From positions 1,116,001 through 1,180,000 of the forward strand of contig OZ237742.1 in NCBI GenBank assembly GCA_965178125.1: a stretch of 64,000 nucleotides of DNA, read 5' to 3'. Of this stretch, positions 61,645 through 64,000 are shown one piece after another; the stretch's first letter is position 1, and each line of letters begins with the position of its first letter. Both the position numbers and the translations under genes were made by a program. This DNA is from Bilabrum cf. latius (taxonomy: Eukaryota). The notes below the pieces were generated by a model. That model saw only the letters and a program-made list of their open reading frames with translations, was not told the DNA's origin and searched no databases.

Positions 61645-63927
61645 TCACGCCTCCCCTCGCAGCACCGCCTCTAGCCCGGCCCTCATCATCGCAGCCACAG
61701 CGGGGTCTCGGAATTTGTCTCCACCGCCACCCTAAGAGCCAGCTTCATATTTCTGTGCTCTCTTGTTTTTGTTCGCGCCTCTTGACCTGTCTGCCCTGCC
61801 AGCATCATCACCAGGCTCTGCAATCGGCGCTGCACGGCCTCCACCCCCCACCGTCACACCACCAGATGCACTGCCTGCCTCAGGGGCAACGGCACTAGCT
61901 CTTCCTTCTCTCCCAGTGACAGCAGGCCCATCACCGGCACCGGCCAGAGCCCCTGTCCCTGTCCTACCAGCGAAGAAAGCGGATGGATCAGGCAAGGCAT
62001 CTGAGGCAGAGCCGAGTGCACCGCCGTGCGGTGCACCGCCCAAAGGACCCGGGTCATGAAGCCAAGCAGATCCTGACGACTAAGGCTGGGAATGGGACCG
62101 GGACTGGGACAAGGGAGCTCCTGCTGGGAGAGGTGGCTCACTGCTGGCCACGCTGCCGTCCTGTTCAGCAACTGAATAAGTATCGGCCGCGAATCGACCC
62201 GCTGGCTCAAACGTGTGCTCTACCACTCGGCTGCTCATCCTGGGGGCCCGCGCGATCGCGCCCATGCTCGCGCTTCCGCTGCTCCATGTATCGGGCAGCG
62301 TGGGAGGCTGCACCCCACCAAAGCTCGGCTTGGCAGTGGTAGCCATGGAGCTGCCCTAGTCGCTGTGACGAGTGACATCTACAGATTCGGAGCGGTGAGC
62401 ATCGCGCGCATCGCGCAGATCCAGCACGCCTCGCTGGCCCGTCCCGGCTGCCTGCGCGGCGCCTGGTTCCGCAAGCAGCCAAGAGGCATCAAAGCCGGGG
62501 TCCATGCCGACTGTGATTGCTTCTGAAGTGCCTGTCGCCTCGCCTGGACCGCCTGCCGACTAGTCTGACAACGACGGTCTCGCATCAGCAGATGTGCCTG
62601 CTGTGAATGGAGTAGCTTTAGTATGCCGCCTGCCCACTGATGCTGGTTGTGCAGGCAAGCCGGCTGCATCCTCACCTGCCGCCACCGCATACCTTTGCGA
62701 CGTGCTCGAGGCGAGGAGGGGAGAGCCCTGGTGATCTTTGACAGCCTCTTCCTGTTCCTGCTCCTCTATCACCACTGGCAGCGATAAATCGGGAGCGCTT
62801 GCATCGGCGCTCGCTGGAGCACCTGCTTCGGAGCCTTGGGTTGCCGCTGAGGCTGCTGAGGCTGCAATGGCGGCGGCCGCAGTAGCGACTGAAACGGAAG
62901 CTTCGGTGGAGGCGAGGCTCTGTAGCTGGTCCAGGAGCGCCTTTTCGTCCTTATCTTCGATACTAGCTGCGGCTTGGTCGCCTGCGTGGCGACCCGCCTC
63001 GCTACGGACCGGCCTGCCAGCGCCACCGTGCTCGCCTCCGAGCAGCTGCTCCAGTGTGCAGTCCCACTCGCCCGGTGATTCCCCGGTGGAACCCTCCGTC
63101 TGCGAGCTTGCCATTGATTTGAACGCTGCTCGGAGAGAGAGTAGCGCGGCCTGCTTGCTAGCTGGTAGACGCGGCGAGGCCTGAGGATCGTCTCCGGGGG
63201 GCTGATGCTCCTCTGCGGAACTAGCCCCCAATGATGCACCTGTCTATGATGTCTAATCACCAAGTGCGCTGACTGCTGCGGATATTGATGCGGATGCGCC
63301 CTCTCGTGGCACTGCGTCTGCTCGCGGAGTACCCGTGCTGGCCTTGACGGCACCATTCTGCTAATCTGCGCCTGTCCCAGTCACAACTTCGGAATCTGAG
63401 CTGTCCGAATCCGAGAGGTCTGCATCCAGTGCGCCATACATTTGTGATGCTGAGCTGATTGAGGGTGGCTCAGCGGTGGTGGGCGTCCTATCGGTCCCGG
63501 CACCTGTGGCAGCGGCGTCAAGGAGCTACAAGAGGTCTTGCTCTCCAGCGTCAGCAATACGTAGCGACCCGTTCATGCGTAAAGACTTGTCGGCGATGCC
63601 ATTGACTTCCTCCATGATACCGTCCATGTCTGACGCCCCATCCACGGTGGAGCGTTGTGCTACCACCTCGAACTGGGCCCGACTATCACCTCCAGGCATT
63701 GATGCGCGTTCCTGGATAGTTAAAACACGGCTGATGTACTTGCCAGGACTATCTGGGAACATCGAGCAGTCACAGAAATCGTCTGAATCCACGCTAGTTG
63801 ATTCAAGCACTTGTGAGACAGTGTCATCTGCTGAGGCAGCACCGCTTCCTTCTTCACCGTTTCGCTCGGTCTCAATCTAAACATCCAGAATCCCAAGATC
63901 GACGAAGCCGTCTCCTTCTGCCTCCAT
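61645..63927 (-). CDS. Hypothetical low-complexity acidic protein, ~760 aa, intronless
   Basis: ATG 63927 (in-frame TGA upstream) to TGA 61645. Four ORF fragments share the frame and are joined only by TAG codons. No recognisable domain. Confidence 0.7.
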
Positions 63928-64000
63928 GGCTAGCGACAGTGATGCGGTCGCCTGTCAACTTGCAAATGAATTTCCGGATCACCCACCAGGCCACAAATGG

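Noticed and set aside
2-63927. Widespread pseudogenisation or sequencing error explaining the internal stops
   Set aside because: All internal stops are TAG, never TAA/TGA, there are no frameshifts, and they fall at conserved Gln positions in essential genes.
2-63927. Pyrrolysine, or a ciliate-type code with both TAA and TAG = Gln
   Set aside because: Conserved positions indicate Gln, no pyl genes are seen, and TAA terminates several genes (3857, 7647, 37182, 58031) and never occurs in frame.
1-64000. tRNA-Gln(CUA) or other tRNA/rRNA genes
   Set aside because: No cloverleaf or rRNA-like sequence recognised by eye; needs tRNAscan-SE/cmscan.

Overview
GC-rich, gene-dense eukaryotic (protist-like) nuclear DNA with GT-AG spliceosomal introns. 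The lineage cannot be fixed from the sequence; the Ala/Gly/Ser-rich insertions are only reminiscent of bicosoecid-type stramenopiles. Main result: this genome uses a non-standard nuclear code in which TAG is a sense codon (Gln) while TAA and TGA remain stops. In-frame TAGs fall at conserved Gln positions of NAD+ synthetase and arylsulfatase, and every gene end I could trace is TAA or TGA. Re-reading with TAG=Q merges the fragmented ORF track into about 18 genes: Kv-type K+ channel, Gln-dependent NAD+ synthetase, TM-WW protein, RAD17, SYS1, M20 peptidase, two sulfatases, a secreted beta-helix protein, BCKDH E1-alpha, Sec14/GOLD protein, AP-1 mu, a Crinkler/RHS-type NTPase + PD-(D/E)xK nuclease, a ~4011-aa intronless UIM/BRCT protein, and several hypotheticals. 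An 8-kb non-autonomous element with split direct repeats (A...BA...B) contains a ~40-copy array of a 123-bp hairpin-forming unit. A diverged copy of its structured A terminus, with a simple-repeat tail, lies just downstream of the NTPase-nuclease gene.
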